Shown here piece after piece: positions 25,897-41,530 of a stretch of DNA of 64,000 bases (positions are counted from its first letter, which is position 1; the number at the start of each line of letters is the position of its first letter). The notes beneath the pieces are model-generated. The model was not told the origin of the DNA and searched no databases. It saw only the letters and a program-made list of their open reading frames with translations. The DNA comes from Octopus vulgaris. Lineage: Eukaryota. Made by a program: the position numbers and the translations under genes. The stretch lies in contig OX597817.1 in assembly GCA_951406725.2 (NCBI GenBank), positions 1,240,001 through 1,304,000 on the forward strand. The letters are read 5' to 3'.

Positions 25897-28800
25897 ATGT
25901 ATATGTGGTGGTGATGATGGTGGACTTCAGATGTTAAACGTTGTAAATTCTGTTGTTCACTCAATCAAATTATCTACTCTTGTGATAAGGCCTAATTGGT
26001 TGAGCATTTCATCAACACGTGAATCATTAACGCGATTCTCAACTATAATCAGCGTGACACAACCTAAAATAAGGCTGGATCTTGTGGATTACATATATAA
26101 TCCTCCACACGCCGCTTTCTTTAAAGTTACCACTTTCACTAGATAAGCGTTGATCCGCAGCTGCAGAAAACAACAATCTGAGATGTCACACGGTGGGGTC
26201 GAATGCAGGACCTAGTGGTTGCAAAATGAAATTTTAAACCATACCACTACAGTGCGAATATACACAAGCACAGACGCACTCATACACACAGACGCACACA
26301 CATGCATATACACAAATACGCAAACGCACGCATAGGCACACACACACACATATACACGCACGCACACATAATTATGCAGCAATCGAAATTTTGATATTTG
26401 GTCCATAAATATAATCAGAACTGAGAAACTGAGTTTATTAGTGTCTACTATGTAGTGTTTTCCTGTTTGTATGTATGTTCCTCCGCCATCCTTCTAAGCC
26501 AGCATATTTTTATTATACATAAGTGTGTGTGTGTGTGCTTGCATGTGTGCGTGTGTATGTGTGTGTGTGTACATATACACACATTACCAACCTCAAAATA
26601 TCCCTATCTACGAATTGGCATACTCTCATGTACATCTGTTCTATCAGCACATATTCTAAAGGCGTTCAAATATATATACATTCACATGTACACAAAATGC
26701 ATGCACATGTATACTTACACATAGACACATAAATACATAGAAAAGCCAACCTACGCATGCGCCTGTTCGTGTGTTAGGTATGGATGCTTAAATCGTAAAT
26801 ACGATGTTGACGAGAGTAAATAACGCCCTCTGGCCCTCTCGTAATAATATCATATCACACCTAGAAAAATACACGTTTCCCATTTCAGAACAGGATATTG
26901 ATTGCAAACAGATATCCGATTTGATAAAGGAGAACGAGATGTTTGAAAGCGTCTTCGATAAGCAAAAACCTTATTTCTACAACATCTGCGCAAATTATAT
27001 TCCATTCGTAATCAGCAGTTATCCAAAATTGCCATGGACCAAATAGATTCATTGCAGATATGATGTTAAAGCAAATATTAAATAGCAAATGTTATATTCA
27101 GTAAATTCTATATGCAGCTTCAGCAATGTTGAGTTAAGTTTTTAACATAAGATTCAGTCGATGTCTTTTCTGCCTTGTTTGAGTTGTATCTTTTAATAGG
27201 GTTCCTTTTAGAGAGGGAGAGAGAGAGAGAGAGAGAGAGAGGAATAGAAAGAGAGTAAGAGAGACAGAGGGAGAGAGAAAGAATGTGAGAGAGACAGTGG
27301 CGGAGAGAAAGACAGAGAGAGAAAGAGAAAGAGAGAAGGAGGGAGAGAAACAGAAAGAGACAAAGAGAGAAAAAGGGAGAGAGAGAGAGAGAAAGCGACA
27401 GAAAGAATTAGGGAGTATATGTGAGTGAATTATAGGATGTATGTCAGGTGTGTGTGAGTGTGTATGTGGGTGTGAGAATGTGTGTGTGAGTGTGCGTGTG
27501 TGAGTGTGTGTGTGTGTGTGCATGTTGTTAGTGAGCCGAGATGTTAATAAATAATATCATAACAAAACCATGTTGATATGATTACGGAATATTAGTTCGA
27601 CCAGGTTTATCGTTCACTCGTTATATAGTTGGTTGGTACTAAATTTATCAATTCCAGATTGAGAAAAGACCCCTATTAGGGTTGGAAATGGGACTGTAAA
27701 GAGCCGCAACAAAAACCACAAAGCCCTTTAAACATTCTAGAAGTTTAAATGATTTTAGACGTAATTACAAAGTTCCCTCTCTGAAAATGGGAGAAATAGG
27801 AAAGTTGATTTAGGGAATCCTATTACTTGTGTAGCACCCATTTTATCGAGCGAAATGGAAAATGAAGATTCGAATCCGTGTACAAGATACATGTGTTGCT
27901 TACTAATATTTTCCCTTTGAAAACACCAACACTCGAGAAGGAACAACGCAATACTAAACTACAAACAAAATAGAACATAGAACAACAAAAAAAATCGATT
28001 TGACTTGTTTCAGAGTTTGTCACCATTTTACAAAACGAAAAACTTCGGTTTAACCATCTCTCTCTCGGCCCCTCGCTTTCTCTCACTCTCCACACGCATA
28101 AAACACACACACACACACGCACACGCACACACACGCACACACACGTTACCAATCCTAACAGGGGTCTTTTCTCTGTCTAGAATCGATAAACTTAGTACCG
28201 GTAGTAGCGTGCAATAAAGATCAAACCAACGATTTGCGTTGCTGTTACAAACTGAACCAGGTCTTCCAACCTGTCCCCTCCACAACTACCGAACCACAGT
28301 AACAGAGAGCAACTTGATGGTACAACGATGACTATTCAACAATAATTATGTTTGAATCAATACGGTGTAAGTTATGAATAAATTTTGACAAGGAGTTTTA
28401 CCTATGTGTATTTATACTTGTTTAAGGTTTAGGTAATTTTTTAAACGCGTTGAACAGAAGACATGAGTGCGTTTTAGTTTCAAACTCATTATTTTTCCAT
28501 ATTATCGTCTGTTCATTGTAGATTGCGCGGATCAGAAAATTTTCTAGGTTAAATGATGTTAATTTATCTTCACGGTTTTATCTTCTGTATATAAAGAAGT
28601 AATGTTGTGTGTTGCTGCTATGTTATAGTAGGTAGGGACAATAAATGATTGAGAACGACTGGTTTAGACTGGAAGTAAATTTTTAAGTCAATACTCTGAC
28701 GAAATGAAGAGACACATTGCACTCCCTTAATGCTTAGGTTAACAAAAACCAGTTCTTATAGCATTTATGTTATTATCCAAAAACTCAAACCGACATTTCT

Positions 28801-29142
28801 GCTGGTGTTTTGAAACTTATCTTACCGAGAGCTTAACCTTTCCTCTATGATGGCTACTTCTGAATTTCTGCTAGCATTTCATGAAAGAGTTTCGTAGTCC
28901 GAATCAACAGTCGATGGTAAAAATAAGGCTGTTGCTGTTTAACTCTAGATCATTTCCGATAGAATAGATCGATAACCAACTGCATTCAGTCTATGATCAT
29001 CTCGCCCCCTTTTCTTTTTTCAAGAAATGTCTACTCTTGGACATTCATTTTCTAAACTGGTTAAACAACCACCCTCTGACTAAGAAATATGCATTTGCAA
29101 ACAAACATTTAAAGGTCTTATTTCAGGCACGATCATATATTT

Positions 29143-29570
29143 CAGGCATGGTCATGTGGTTAAGAAGATCACTTTACTATCACATGGTTTCAGGTTCAGT
29201 CCCATTACATAGCACATTGGGTAAGTGTCTTGTACTATAGCTTCGGGTCAACTGATGCCTTGTGAGTGAATATGGTAGAGACGAAAATTGTGTGGAAGCC
29301 TATCTTATACATACATACACATATACATGAATATATATACAAATGCATATGTGTGTGTGTGTCTTTGTGTTTTTGTTAGTCCCTCTACAAGCGCTTGACA
29401 ACCACTGCTGGTTTGTTTCCGTACGCATAACTTAGAGGTTCATCGAAAGAACTGATAGAATAAGCACCAGACTTCAAAACATAAGTACTGAGGTAGATTA
29501 GTTTGACTAAATTGTTCAAAACGGTGCCCCGGCATGGCCACAATCCAATGACTGAAACAAATAAAAGATG
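29143..29570 (+). mobile_element. SINE family C, diverged copy
   Basis: CAGGCATGGTCATGTGGTTAAG..GGTTCAGTCCCA..TTGGGTAAGTGTCTT..GATAGAATAAGCACCAG..ATGACTGAAACAA. Confidence 0.8.
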
Positions 29571-30256
29571 AAAATGTCCTCTTTCTTTGGCAAACTTACA
29601 AATATTCCTCCACTACGTTCACCGCTGTCACTCTGCCATTTTACTGATTTCTACTGTATTATGGTCGTTTCGAGGATATAACTGGTAAAATTGTTGATGG
29701 TGCTGGAAGAAAAGAATAGGAAGTCAGAAGTGTTGCGACTAACAGGATCGAAACCGCCGAAGTTGTGGTCCCGGTCTGCTAAGTAAACATCTGGCATCCG
29801 ACAGTGCATAAGTTACCAATTTAAAATCAATGCTGGGACCACTGTACGTCACTTGTTTATTTGCATCCAGTAAAGTTTCGCTTACTTCCTGTCATTCATT
29901 CGTGATATCGTCTGGTCGAAATTTGATATTACTGGAAACGGAAAAAGGAAATAATTACATTGATTGAGAATAGAAAGATGAAGCAAATACATTTCCCTCC
30001 CACACAAACAGCAATATAAGTTAAAAGCTAACGAGGAAACCACCGCTAGGTGGCCAAGCTACCTGCTAGAAATAGCATCCAAATTTCCCTACGAAAAAGA
30101 AAGACGGCATAACCTAAGTGTACTGTTTGGGGAAGGAAGACGAATACGGGATGGTCACGAAGGGAATGCCCCTGTGGTAATTTGCTTGATCAAAGTCCAT
30201 CTGTGGTTAAACAACTCTTCTCTCACTCCTCTGCTCCTCCATCTCCGCCTACCACC

Positions 30257-30311
<55 letters not shown>

Positions 30312-32555
30312 TTACTACTACTACTACTACTTTACCAGTTTCTTTTCCTACTTATTACATTTGTAGGTTTGCCTCTCATTATTTAATAAGCTGAAGGGGA
30401 CGAGTTGTGGATATTTAAAATCTAGGCCAGCTTTGACTAACCCAGCAGAGATGTTCTGTCCGTGAACAGAAAGTTTATTTTTATTTCAAGCATAGTGGAT
30501 ATAGGACTACATCATCTGATGTCATCTCCTTCACTTTTGAAAACGTAATGGTTTAAATTCAAGGAGATTTAGTTGCTATTTCTAGCAAGTCGAATAGTAA
30601 CTATGTAGTAGAAATCATCATGGATGCTTTTGTACAATTGGAAGGGGCTGTTGAATCAATTTCTCACTGTTGTTGTTTAACTGAAGATTACCTCTGCTCT
30701 AGCGGAGAGATGAAGATTAAAGGCTTTCCTCCATGGCTGCCCCGTCTTTTTGATAATTATATTATCCATTATGTCCTTCCCTTTTTAAGACACATAAATA
30801 GGATTTAAGGGAAATTCGGTTTATATTTGTAAGAAGACGTCGAATGCATCCGCATTCACCGAGTTGACGAAACACGTTACCCGATATTTTATAAATATTG
30901 AAGTTCTGCTTTCAAATCCCGTAGACCAGACTGTCTACCCTAGGAATATCTATAAAATAAGCAGCTTTTTCCTTTTCTTTTTTTTTTCTTGGACATGTTG
31001 AGTATTCACTCCATCGCAACTCAAAAGTTTCTCGTAAGCGTTATCATTCAGTCGACTAGAAGTTGAATGGTTGCACATACTGAGATGTTATGAGTAACGA
31101 CGGAGTAAATGGGCACTTTGGAACGAATAAACAAAATCTGCCGCATGTATTGAGTACATTTTCTCTCGTTTGTACAGCCCAATTTATATTTAGGCATAAA
31201 CACACGTTCATATACATGGATACATACATACATGTTTATAAGCATACGTTTTAAATGTAAGCTACAATAAGTTTTATGCTCTAATAGTACAATAGTCGAA
31301 AGAGCTTGTATAGTGTGCCGTGTACTATTTAGTAATCTTTCAGGTTGAAAATAAAACATGGCTTTTCTCTAAGAAGAGAGAGAGAATGGGAAAGATCGAA
31401 AGAGAAAATGAGAAAAGAAGACGTCAGAAGCTGGGAAGGGAAATAAAGGTTGTGTCCCCTTGGTCCGTTAGAATGGTAATCAACGATGGTTGGTATAGCT
31501 AATTCGACGGGAAATGCTAGTTTTTGAGACTCTGCCTAATCTGGAGAGTGTTTGTGTTCTACAGTTCGATAATAGTTTAGGATTAGTGAATAACGAACGA
31601 AATATCCTGCCACCTCACATCTTTCAGCAGGCTCTTAGAATCAATGCTGCTCAGAATGCTACGTCAATATACTAAATTTTGTGACTTAAATGTTAGATAA
31701 TTAAAATTTTCCCCACAATAAGGAGAGAAAAAATGTAATAGGGTGATGGTGATAATAGCAGATGTGGTTAAGTCTTGCATGACTGCACGATCTCAACGGT
31801 AAGTATAGTCTGAATCATAACTTTCAGGTTTTAGATGACTGGAGAAGTATATAGAATTTCATTGTGTGACCAGTGAATGGTGTTATGACTTTAAAGAGTA
31901 CCAGGACGGGAATACTCAGGTCCCCTGATGCACGAACAACGAAGAGTAAAGTGGAACTAACATATTGTTAGTTTCCCTGAAATTTTAATTAATGGATGCT
32001 ATACATCAGAATATATATATAACAGAACTGCATTAGTATGTTTCGGGTCACATTGAACGTAACTGTATCATACCAATAAAAAGCAAATGTATTTGAATGC
32101 TTGATAATTCACTACTTGCAATGCGTTGAGGTAACTAAATAGTTTACTGTAATTCATCAGCGGAAACAAAGTTGATCGACAGATCTCCAAGGGAGTAAAA
32201 TGGGGAAAGTGAGTTGTCTCTCACAGTGAAATGTTTGACAGTTCTTAAAATTCTCCAAATTGTAGTACTTACAAACCATATGTTCGACCACATTGGGAGT
32301 TCAAGTGTAAGGTTGTGATGCCAATCTGATAAAGAGCGTGGTGGGGGAATACTGGAAAAGATCCAACTAAATCCAGTAAGATTATTGTTCTACACCTGTT
32401 CTGATTGTAATTTACGGATCAAGGATCTAATAGTAGTTCTTCAAATCATTGCGAGTTAGACAACGGATGTATTTAGTTTGTTTTCCTCTCAAATCACACA
32501 CACACACAAATACGCGCGCGCGCGCGCACACACGCAAACACACACATATATATAT

Positions 32556-32789
32556 GTTTCTTTATTGGTCACAGGGGGCTAAACATAGAGGGGACAGACA
32601 AGGACAGACAAAGGAATTAAGTCGATTATATCGACCCCAGTGCGTAACTGGTACTTAATTTATCGACCCCGAAAAGATGAAAGACAAAGTCGACCTCGGC
32701 GGAATTTGAACTCAGAGCGTAAAGTCAGACGAAATGCCGCTAAGCATTTTTCGCCCGGCGTGCTAACGTTTCTGCCAGCTCACCGCCTT
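32556..32789 (-). mobile_element. SINE family A, full-length young copy
   Basis: Nearly identical to 4236-4466. Confidence 0.9.
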
Positions 32790-33823
32790 ACATCTATACC
32801 AATAATAATTGGTGCAGTTGCTTTTATGAGTAAATGCCTAAGTGACAATCTGGATAAGCTAAGATTTTCAGAAAAAGAAATCAACCAATAAACTTGCACG
32901 TTGCAAATGCAATTTGTGAGTCAAGGATTAAATACCAAGAATTGAATATCATTCCTTTCATCCTTTCATGGTTCGATAAAAATGTACCAGTGTATAAATG
33001 TAACTGTAAGAACATCGGACTGGGTGCCTTGCAATATTTATTATCGCTTATTACGTTCTGAGCTCGAATACCGCCATGTTTAGTTGGGCGGTAGATTTAC
33101 TGCGCCGCTCGGTTTAACGCCTCGTGTGACCTCTTAGCAGAGTTCACTTCATTGGAAGCATACGGGTCAAGCCTGCAGTTTTTGGACGCCTTTATTTCTC
33201 TCTCCAACCAGTTTTGGTGGGGCTGTAAAGGAGCATAATTATCTCAGCTGATTAAAACACATTAAAACACTCTGCACTTACACGTACTTATGCACAAGCC
33301 ACATATAAATCACAAGTATTACGTATATATTTAGCATTGATTACTAAAATACTTGACGAGAAGTTTGAAATGGAGCCAACAGCTAAGATCAGGCCTGGCT
33401 CTATTATCGTTTCAAATGCAGCCAACATTTCTCATCTGGCCTGGGTTTATTATTAATTGAAATCAGGATTATATTTTGCATCTGTCTTGAGCCTGTTACC
33501 AGCTTCGCACGGAGCTGCCTCCCTGAAGACTAATGTGATAATTACGTCACTTTAGACACTGAGATCAACTTTGCTCTTCTTTCTTCCGTTGCTCGTAAAG
33601 TACGATAGTTCATATAAATGACTATACCTAACGCTCCATTCATACACAATCCTCATACGTTTAACAATTTACTTGGCATATTTCAATCAAACGTAGTCGC
33701 TTATCCGTTTGTGTATTCATTTTTTGTTTCTAATACAGTTATTTTGGCATTGCGATTTCGTCCTCTCCAATACAAGATACAGCTATTACTCCAGACATGA
33801 ATTTTTAGGGTGTTTTCTTAATA

Positions 33824-33903
<80 letters not shown>

Positions 33904-34225
33904 AGAAAACACACGGGGGCAGACACACACAGTCGGGTCAGATATTTTAAGCTTTAATAATTGTGTATAGAAACCCGGGTGGAATGGAAAACTGAAAATA
34001 TAGGATACAAGAGAATAGGGTAGGGTCACGTAAGGGCAAAGAGATAAACAGCAAGGAACTTCGTTTATCATTAGTTACTTCTTTTTTGCTTTTATTGCGG
34101 TTTTGTGTTTTCATATTTATTCAAATAAAACTTTATTTTTTCTTTTGGTTCATTCGGAAAATCGTTTTGCCACTCATTTTGCCCAAACGAGAATACAAGA
34201 TTTGAATTTATAAATACGCTGCCAG

Positions 34226-34270
<45 letters not shown>

Positions 34271-34448
34271 CTCTCTCTCTCTAATTCACACACACATACA
34301 CACACACATACACACACAGATATTGGTTAATACATTACATTAGTAATGATGGAAAAACGTTATTCATAGTTGAATTTAACAGAACATGCCAAAAGAGCTG
34401 ATGTGTGTATATGTGTATAAATGTTAATATACATACATCAATAGACGC

Positions 34449-34527
<79 letters not shown>

Positions 34528-34726
34528 CACCAATCTTTTATTTCTATATATATTATTGGCTGTTAATTCTATTAACCAAATTTTCTTTCTTTTATAAATT
34601 TTCTTTCATGAATATTTTAATAACCACATACATTTAATCTATTTATCTCCTCTCGCTCTCTCTCTCTCTACACACACACATATACATACATACATACATA
34701 CATACATACATACATACATACATACG

Positions 34727-34797
<71 letters not shown>

Positions 34798-34943
34798 CTG
34801 TCTGTCTTTATGGCTGCTGTCTGACCTTCCAGCTCATATCGTATTATTTATGCGTACGTGCGTTGGTATATCTGAACAGATAATTCTAGATCATTACATT
34901 GACTACATACAGAGGTATACACACGAAAATACACATGCATGCG

Positions 34944-34988
<45 letters not shown>

Positions 34989-35184
34989 ACACACACAAAC
35001 ACACACACATACATACGCGCACACGTTCAGATACTCAACAACGCAAATACACACACAAAAACACACACATAGCCATACATGTGTGTAATAAGTACGTAGA
35101 AATGCTTCATACATTCAGAGATATCAAACTTTCCTCTCATCACAGCCTTAACGTCTTGCAATGACACATTTTTCTAAGCATTTA

Positions 35185-35276
35185 ACAACCAACTAGGACA
35201 AACGCTTAAGAACAAGCTAGGACAAACGCTTAACAAGCAACTAGAACAAAGACTTAACAAGCAACTAGGACGAACA
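35185..35276. repeat. Short minisatellite, ~4 units of CAACTAGGACAAACGCTTAACAAG
   Basis: Read directly; unit ~24-27 bp. Confidence 0.75.
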
Positions 35277-35788
35277 TACGCACAATCACATACACACACA
35301 CGCACAGAGAGAAAGAAAGAGAGAGTGAGGGAGGGATATAGGAGCAAAGTTCTAACAAGAACGGGAACGAGAACAACTCGTCAACAACAAAAGTGACGGC
35401 TAATTTTGCAAAATTCCTGGCTAGCCATGGCTTCTATGCGAACTCATCATTTCATATTCACTACTTATCTCGATCCATCACAATCATCACATGTATTAAT
35501 ACCTTTTCTTCTACCCATCCTTCAAATAGGAGGCTTCATGTCAGCAAAACCCTCCTGTTCAGATAACTTACTACCTTTCAGGTAACTGATTAGCGTAATT
35601 GCTTTGTCTAATGAGCAAAGCTGGCAATCTGGTAAAATTATAATAATGAAAATATAATGGAAACGTTCCTTATTTCTAACTAGAGATGAAAAACTGCACC
35701 TTGAACCCCCACCTCACATCACATGTAACACTCTAGAAGGTCTGAAATTGAGAAGAAGCATTTTTTTCTCGGTTACCTGAAAAAAGGT

Positions 35789-36045
35789 GAAGGCGTGTGG
35801 CTTAGTGGTTAGGGTGTCAGCACCATGATCGTAAGATTGTGGTTTCGATTCCTGTACCGAGCGACGCGTTGTTTTCTTGAGTAAAACACTTCATTTCACG
35901 TTGCTCCAATCTATTCAGCTGGCAAAAATGAGTAACGCTGCGATGGACTGGCGTCCCGTCCAACTGGGTAACACTTACACCATAGAAACTGGGAAACCGG
36001 GCTCATGAGCCTGGCTAGGCTCTTAAAATTGCGTATTTATTAATT
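35789..36045 (+). mobile_element. SINE family B variant (different head, shared tail)
   Basis: GAAGGCGTGTGGCTTAGTGGTTAGGG..GGTTTCGATTCC; tail GAGTAACGCTGCGATGGACTGGCGTCCCGTCCA matches the one at 8133-8165. Confidence 0.8.
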
Positions 36046-36127
36046 TTTTAACCTGAAAAATGGACAGAATGGTGCTTGTGTAACGCTTTTGATCAATGCA
36101 GAACTTGCATGTGTGTGTGTGTGTGTG

Positions 36128-36165
<38 letters not shown>

Positions 36166-36169
36166 CACA

Positions 36170-36476
36170 ACGATCTATCTCTATCTGGTACCCTGTTGGT
36201 TACGACGATAAGCGTTCCAGTTGATCCGATCAACAGAAGGTTGTTTTATAGCAGTCACCCATGCATAACAACCTCCCCTCCCCACACCACCGATGCTATC
36301 CAAAGGAAAGGCAGAGGCCGATACAGCTTTTCCTAGTGACGTCGCAATTCATTTCTACAGTTGAGGGAACTGGAGCAACAAGAAATGAAGTGTCTTGCTC
36401 AAGAATACAATACACATCCCGATCCGGGAATAGAACTCGCTACCTCATGATTGTGAGCTCAACGTTCTAACCACTG
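36170..36476 (-). mobile_element. tRNA-derived SINE related to family C
   Basis: Minus strand CAGTGGTTAGAACGTTGAGCTCACAATCATGAGGTAGCGAGTTCTATTCCCGG..CTTGAGCAAGACACTTCATTTC. Confidence 0.7.
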
Positions 36477-36571
36477 AAACATTAAGGGTTTGAAAAGACA
36501 GTGTAAAGCTAAGCGCTTCATGGACGTGAAACACAGGGGAGACCCTTAGACCAGCCATAACTATCTTTATC

Positions 36572-36621
<50 letters not shown>

Positions 36622-36797
36622 AGTAACAAGGCTGTCCAGGTATCAGTGCATTACGGCCGTTTCAAGCGTCTCCATTTAATCGATCAATGCAAGCAATACA
36701 TCAATTTAAAATAAGCCTAACTTCGAGCTGTGCGAACAATACCGCACTGACTTCGTGCCTCAACTTAAGTACCTAATTCAACTAAATCATAATTATT

Positions 36798-36946
<149 letters not shown>

Positions 36947-36998
36947 TATATACATATACATATATATATACATATATATATATATAATATATATATAC

Positions 36999-37063
<65 letters not shown>

Positions 37064-37567
37064 TGTATGTATGTATGTATATGTTCGTGAGTGTACGTGT
37101 GTGTGAGTGTGTGTTCGTATATTTGTGCGGGGGGCGTGTTGGAGTGTGGGCGTGTGTTTTGATTAAAGATTAGTCTTCGTTTTCATTAAATATAGTAACA
37201 TTATTACTATTGAACGGATGCTGTATTTGTGCCCACACATGGATTAAGAGTAGGTTCTTTCAACGCCGGTTCAAACCCTAGTTGCACTAGGTTCCTTGGC
37301 AAAATATACATACCCTAGGGATAGTCGGTAGTTATATAAATAAAGCACTCACACACATATATACCAGGAGTCACAATCTCTTCTCATATGTATATGTATG
37401 TATGCATATATGAATATATGTATGCATTTATGTACGCATGTATGTATATGTATACATATATATATATATACATACATATTAAAGTTACTCTCCATTCTTT
37501 GCAAACAGATGTTCGTAACCGCACTTACGTGAACAAACATATGCATGTGTGTAAGTAGAGAGAGGGA

Positions 37568-37599
<32 letters not shown>

Positions 37600-37708
37600 A
37601 AGCGAGAGAGAGTGTGTATGTGTGCGTGCGTGCTTGTATGGGTGTGTGTGAATGTTTAATTAAAACCATTTGACGCATTTATATAAACATCATCAAAGAA
37701 TAATTAGC

Positions 37709-37799
<91 letters not shown>

Positions 37800-37831
37800 T
37801 TATTTTTTATTTTTATTATTATTATCGTTGC

Positions 37832-37885
<54 letters not shown>

Positions 37886-37920
37886 AATATATTTTATTAT
37901 TTTATTCTTTTATATGTTTT

Positions 37921-38590
37921 AAGGCGGTGCGCTGGCAGAAACGTTAGCACGCCGGGCGAAATGCGTAGCCTAATTTCGTCTACCGTTACGTTCTGAGTTC
38001 AAATTCCGTCGAGGTCGACATCGCCTTTCATCCTTTCGAGTTCGATAAAATAAGTACCAGCTGAAAGCTGGGGATCGATGTCATTTTACCTCTCCCCTAA
38101 AACTGTTGGCCTTGCGCCAAATTTTGAAACCATTATCATGATGATGATTTTTATTATTGAAGGCAGTGAACCGACAAGCTGGCAGAAACGTTAACGTGCC
38201 GGACAAAAAAAAAAGAATCTTCGCAGGATTTATTCCGTCTGTACATTCTGAGTTCAAGTTCTACCGAGGTCGAGTTTGCTTTCATCTTTTCCGGGTCGAG
38301 AAAATAACTACCAGTTAAGTACTGAGGTCGATGTAATTGACTTACCCCCACACCCGAAATTGCTGGCCTTGTGCATAAATTTGAAACTTAAAACGGCGAG
38401 CTGGTAGAATTGTTAGCACGCCGGACAAAATGCATAGCAGCATTTGGTTCGTCTTTACGTTCTGAGCTCAAATTCCGCCGAAGTCAACTTTGCTTTTTAT
38501 CTTTTTGGATTCGATAAGATATATACCAGTTGATGTAATCCACTGGTCTCTTGCCAAAATTTTAGGCCTTCTGCCTACAGTAGAAACAAC
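37921..38590 (+). mobile_element. Three head-to-tail SINE family A copies (37921-38130, 38160-38390, 38391-38590)
   Basis: Each has (GG)CG.GCTGG.AGAA..GTTA.C.CGCCGG, then GTTCTGAG.TCAA.TTC..CGA.GTC.AC; the copies are mutually diverged. Confidence 0.85.
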
Positions 38591-38949
38591 TATCACTATT
38601 GTTTGTACTTTGAAGGAGAACTTACGCGTCTGCAGCTCCGTGAGTTCTGTTTAAATTTTGATGTTTGGCGTTTGTATTTCTTGTTGGGCTGTTTAATCAA
38701 CAAACAACCTCGCTTTGCTTAGAGTGAGTTGGCTTTGCGAAAAATATAACTGAAAATATCATATTTTAAAAAATACAACATATCTATCAAATCCTGGAAA
38801 TTGATGGCTGTTCCAACAGCCATTATGAAAATATGTTTCCTCCACTACCTACTAATATTGTTAACAGACAATGTACATGCAAGAACAAGAACAAGAATAA
38901 CAACAACAACAACAATACAAAAAGAATGTGAAGGCATCACTACCACAAC

Positions 38950-41530
38950 CGCACCATCACACTGCATTATAACAAAACTACAAACGAAAAGGCAAATGAA
39001 AAAACAACAAAAGTGAAATTGAAAAACCACAACAAAAATGAGGCCACAGAATAAAAAAAGAAAAGTAGTTTCTTCATTCAACACACCTGGAGTCTCTACC
39101 TCCACCGCTACCTACACCATTAACGCCAATATGAAAAACAGCGAAAATAAAACTTGTAAATCTAGCTTTAGTCGTTTCGTTGACGCGATGCATCAAATGA
39201 ACAAGGACGTTTTTGCCGACTTCAAAGAACTAACAAGTGCGAAAAGTATGTTGGAGAAACGTGGCCGGAACGTGGCACTGAACAAACCAATCTGCAAACA
39301 CTCATATACAAGAAAAAAAATGAATAGGCGACACACCAGCAGACTGAAAAGTTCCTTAGACCAGCCTGGAATACAAAAACTTACATAGTCAAGGGAAAGA
39401 AATTCGGAATTGTGGAGGTAAGATTCGCCACAAAGGATGAGGCCAGAAAGCACACCTAATTAACCACCCTAATTAGTAACGAACTGGTCCTCATACTGAT
39501 TTATTTTGATCGTAGGATTTTTAAAATGAAGATAATTTACGTGCTTCCAGAAATCAACATCCGCTGGATGGTGGCAGTGGTTCTTTTCCTTATACAGAAA
39601 CCTATTATTCTGCAGAAGCCCCAATAAAACCTGGTCAGATCAAGGTATGGAAAAGCTAATACAGACGGACAATCAGAGCATAGAAATGACACCGGACCTG
39701 ATTAATCTACCAACTGGCACAAAATTACCCGTAACCGTCTCGAGAGTAGAAGGCTGATTTCTCACTTGCGTGGTAACAAGCACTATCTCAGGGCTTTTTG
39801 CCCACAGGAAAGGGAAGAAGGGAGACCAGTTCTTCAGCTGACACATCAGCACTTTCACTACCACACCATTACCAAGAATAACAACAAATACAACAGTAAC
39901 AGTCCCCGGTAGAGGAAGGCGTTCATAGCAGCAACAAGAGGAAAACTACCAAATGCGAGAACAACAGTAACAACAGCCGTAGCAGCAACAATAACAGAAG
40001 TGGAAGCAACTAAAGCAATAGGAAATACACCATCACCAAGGACTACCACATCACAGACAGCAGCAACAAAAACAGCCAGAGATAACCCCCAAAACATTTC
40101 AAAAAATCAGTTCTACCAACTTCTTCAAGACATACATACCTCGCCTCACACCACACAGACCTGTCATGTAGTGAAGGTGCTGAAGAGTATTAAAGGCAAA
40201 GAAAAGAAAAGGAAACAAAAATATGTCAATCCAAAAAACTGGTAGATACGAACAATTAGGGAAGATTCGAGTAACGATGCACCAGTACCACTCCCAACAG
40301 CAACTACGCGAGTACTATCAACACCATTACCACTGCAATCCCCACCATTACCACTGTCATCACAAGCATCAACACTGCTATCACCACCATTATCATCTGA
40401 AGCACAAAACACCAACAATCAAAATACTTCCCCCATCAGAACAAAACGAATCATTACTAACTACATCGTCTCAAATACAAACAATAAAACACTGATGGAG
40501 TACTTACACGAAAATCCAGACATCATACACGACAACTACATCAAATTAATCAATAGAATTCCACCATATAAAAATGATCTAAATTTTGTAACAAACAAAT
40601 ACTACTTTAGAAAATTAATGCCATAAACAAGGAGAAATTAGGTCCAATATCAGCAAAAGACTCGTGGAAATATCCATATCTAGCTTGAGGGACGAAACAC
40701 TCGTTCCTCCACAATAAGTGTTTCTTTTCTCTCTCTCTCTTTCTCTGTGGTTTAATATGACCGAGTTCAAAATAAGCAGTATAAATGCACGTTGCCCGGG
40801 GTCGCCTTCTCATCAATCTCAGGTCGCTTGATATAGATGCTGTATCCATTAGCGAGATCAGACTCCCCTATCCAACAGCGTACATGTCTCTTTTCGAGTG
40901 AATGCGATATATATATATATATCTCCATGTCAACCGAAAAGTAGTATTGTTCCGGAAGAGTCGGAATATCAAGATAAGGGCTGTCTACTTGAACCCAGAA
41001 AAAAAGTTGATGGTCCTGGATGTGAACGGTAGCGACGGGGTGCCTTCAGAGTGGTGGCTGTTAATGCTTCGGCAGGGGTAGGATAGCCGGATTTCTTCAG
41101 ACACCAGGGTTTTTTTCTCTAAACGTCCCGGCCTTTAATGTTAGTGGGTGACTGGAACGTTATCTTGGATGCACGTCTGTATTGTGTCGGAGTACCTGAT
41201 AGAAGAAAGGGTGGGAGATCCCCGCAAACAACCTACTCAGACGTATAGATACCGACTGGATTTCCCGAATGTGCCAATGGGAGTATGGAGAAACCGCACC
41301 GGATCATCTAAGTCATATCCAGATAGAGTATTCTACAGGTCAGTAAATAAGGATAACATAGGTTTCTCACCATCTGCTATAGCATGACCGTCGTACCTTG
41401 GTCAGCTTCGTGGTTAACCAGACGGGAACGCTTGCTTTCCCATTTCATGTGGAGGGGAGCGACTTCCGCTGGGCTGATGGTCCATTTGCTGTTAAAGTAT
41501 AATACGTGGAGAGCTAGGCATGTCGGGACT
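38950..41530 (+). mobile_element. Degenerate L1/Tx1-like LINE 5' half (ORF1-like region + AP endonuclease)
   Basis: From 40781: INARCPGRLLINLRSLDIDAVSISEIRL, then LMVLDVNGSDG, AFRVVAVNA, RPLMLVGDWNVILDAR, YR..FPNVP..W.N..SKSYPDRVF (APE motifs, frameshifted). Upstream A/C-rich broken ORFs may be ORF1; the 5' boundary is uncertain. Confidence 0.7.

Noticed and set aside
26804-27180. Unique-looking sequence with short ORFs on both strands as a host exon
   Set aside because: No recognisable domain or convincing splice structure; cannot be excluded without RNA-seq. The same applies to 19049-19258 and 57502-57840.
27630-28204. ~55-bp inverted repeat pair ~460 bp apart
   Set aside because: Resembles two oppositely oriented SINE-like fragments; no TSD or terminal signature.
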